Sequence record: NC_047812.1 | Length of the DNA: 44,234 nt | From: Escherichia phage vB_EcoS_CEB_EC3a | Reading direction: 5' to 3' (one strand) | Part shown: piece after piece, positions 43,604 to 44,234 of the stretch | How the letters are laid out: the number at the start of each line of letters is the position of its first letter | Position numbering within the stretch: the stretch's first letter is position 1 | Notes under the pieces: model-generated | What the model was told of the DNA's origin: nothing | What the model saw: the letters and a program-made list of their open reading frames with translations, nothing else | Databases searched by the model: none | Translations under genes and position numbers: made by a program

Positions 43604-43788
43604 AATTGAACCTCGACCTCATCCTCGAAAACTGTAGCTGGCTTACCAACTGAGTTAATAATGTCAAATGATTTAAGTTCAGTATCCCTATCAATAACAT
43701 CGTAGACCTTGCCAATGAAAAGGCCATAATCAATTTCATCTGACCCGTCCATGTCAATATCTTTAAACTTAACTAACTTGATTTTCAT
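43600..43788 (-). CDS. hypothetical small acidic protein
   Basis: ORF from track; ATGA overlap with downstream gene. Confidence 0.5.
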   Translation of the reverse strand: MKIKLVKFKDIDMDGSDEIDYGLFIGKVYDVIDRDTELKSFDIINSVGKPATVFEDEVEVQL

Positions 43789-43798
43789 ATCTCAATCC

Positions 43799-43978
43799 TC
43801 AAACAAATGGCAGGCATTCTGCGCATCCAAGCCCATCACAGCACAGAAATTCATCTTCTGACTGGAATTGCCTGGCAATGTCAATATCAATCTTGTCGAG
43901 CAGAACAAGTGCAGTGTAAATCTCATTCAACCCAATCAGTGCGCATTCGTGGCGTAACTCGTCTTTATCAATCTTCAT
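43799..43978 (-). CDS. hypothetical small Cys-containing protein (59 aa)
   Basis: ORF read manually; GAGGAGATAG RBS; downstream of minus-strand module. Confidence 0.5.
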   Translation of the reverse strand: MKIDKDELRHECALIGLNEIYTALVLLDKIDIDIARQFQSEDEFLCCDGLGCAECLPFV

Positions 43979-44004
43979 ATCTATCTCCTCGTTTTGATGA
44001 GTTA

Positions 44005-44049
44005 ACTATATCCTCCATGACCCACAATGTCTTTAGCAAAAAGTGCTAT
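44005..44049 (-). promoter_or_regulatory. palindrome-promoter module, minus strand (TAGCACTTTTTGCTAAAG, TATAGT, leader TTAACTCATCAAAACGAGGAG)
   Basis: Reverse complement matches module family. Confidence 0.6.
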
Positions 44050-44057
44050 TCGTTAGA

Positions 44058-44152
44058 TTTATTGATTGTTGCATATATTGCAATGATTATCATGACTATT
44101 GCACATATGGCAATATTGCTTCAGATGCAATGATGTTTTTGATTGTTGCGAA
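44058..44152. repeat. cluster of short TTGCA/TGCAAT and GATTGTTGC repeats upstream of rightmost minus-strand module
   Basis: GATTGTTGC at 44064-44072 and 44141-44149; ATTGCA-type motifs repeated 4-5 times. Confidence 0.45.
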
Positions 44153-44234
44153 AAGTGAAATGAAGTTGGGAGTGAGTGAATGAAAGATGGATGGACTACC
44201 ATACAAGTTGATTTTGATTCCCGCTGAGCCATTT

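Noticed and set aside
43807-44133. 108-aa + strand ORF
   Set aside because: Overlaps the minus-strand gene 43799-43978 and the promoter module/repeat region; no RBS
1-44234. Search for CRISPR arrays, integrase/attP, CI-like repressor, and rRNA
   Set aside because: No regularly spaced direct repeats with spacers, no tyrosine/serine recombinase-like ORF, no rRNA-like sequence seen; phage appears virulent

Overview
This window looks like a nearly complete genome of a virulent T1-like (Drexlerviridae-type) siphophage of an enterobacterial host; the assignment is inferred from gene order and protein motifs read by eye, with no database search. Left arm (+ strand): an early cluster of ~15 small genes, two tRNAs, then a lambda-like late operon (terminase, portal, capsid, G/GT chaperone with -1 frameshift, tape measure, M/L/K/I/J) punctuated by intrinsic terminators. 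Right arm: a Cor-like lipoprotein and Rha-like regulator (- strand), a recombination module (exonuclease, Erf, SSB), a beta-helix tailspike, primase, HNH endonuclease, helicase, VRR-NUC nuclease, an HTH-metallophosphoesterase, a lysis cassette (holin, SAR endolysin, unimolecular spanin) and more small genes. No integrase, repressor or CRISPR array was seen. The most striking unexplained signals are (1) a 17-copy palindrome TAGCA-N5-TGCTA, usually 21-22 bp upstream of a TATAGT-like -10 and a conserved leader TTACCACATCGAAACGA, whose TAG often doubles as the upstream stop codon; (2) a ~260 bp AT-rich block with ACGTAAC repeats present twice, 26 kb apart; (3) a large gene at 40729-42312 with a degenerate inverted copy at 893-1414; and (4) a 102-nt tRNA-like gene with a hairpin inserted in the D-loop.
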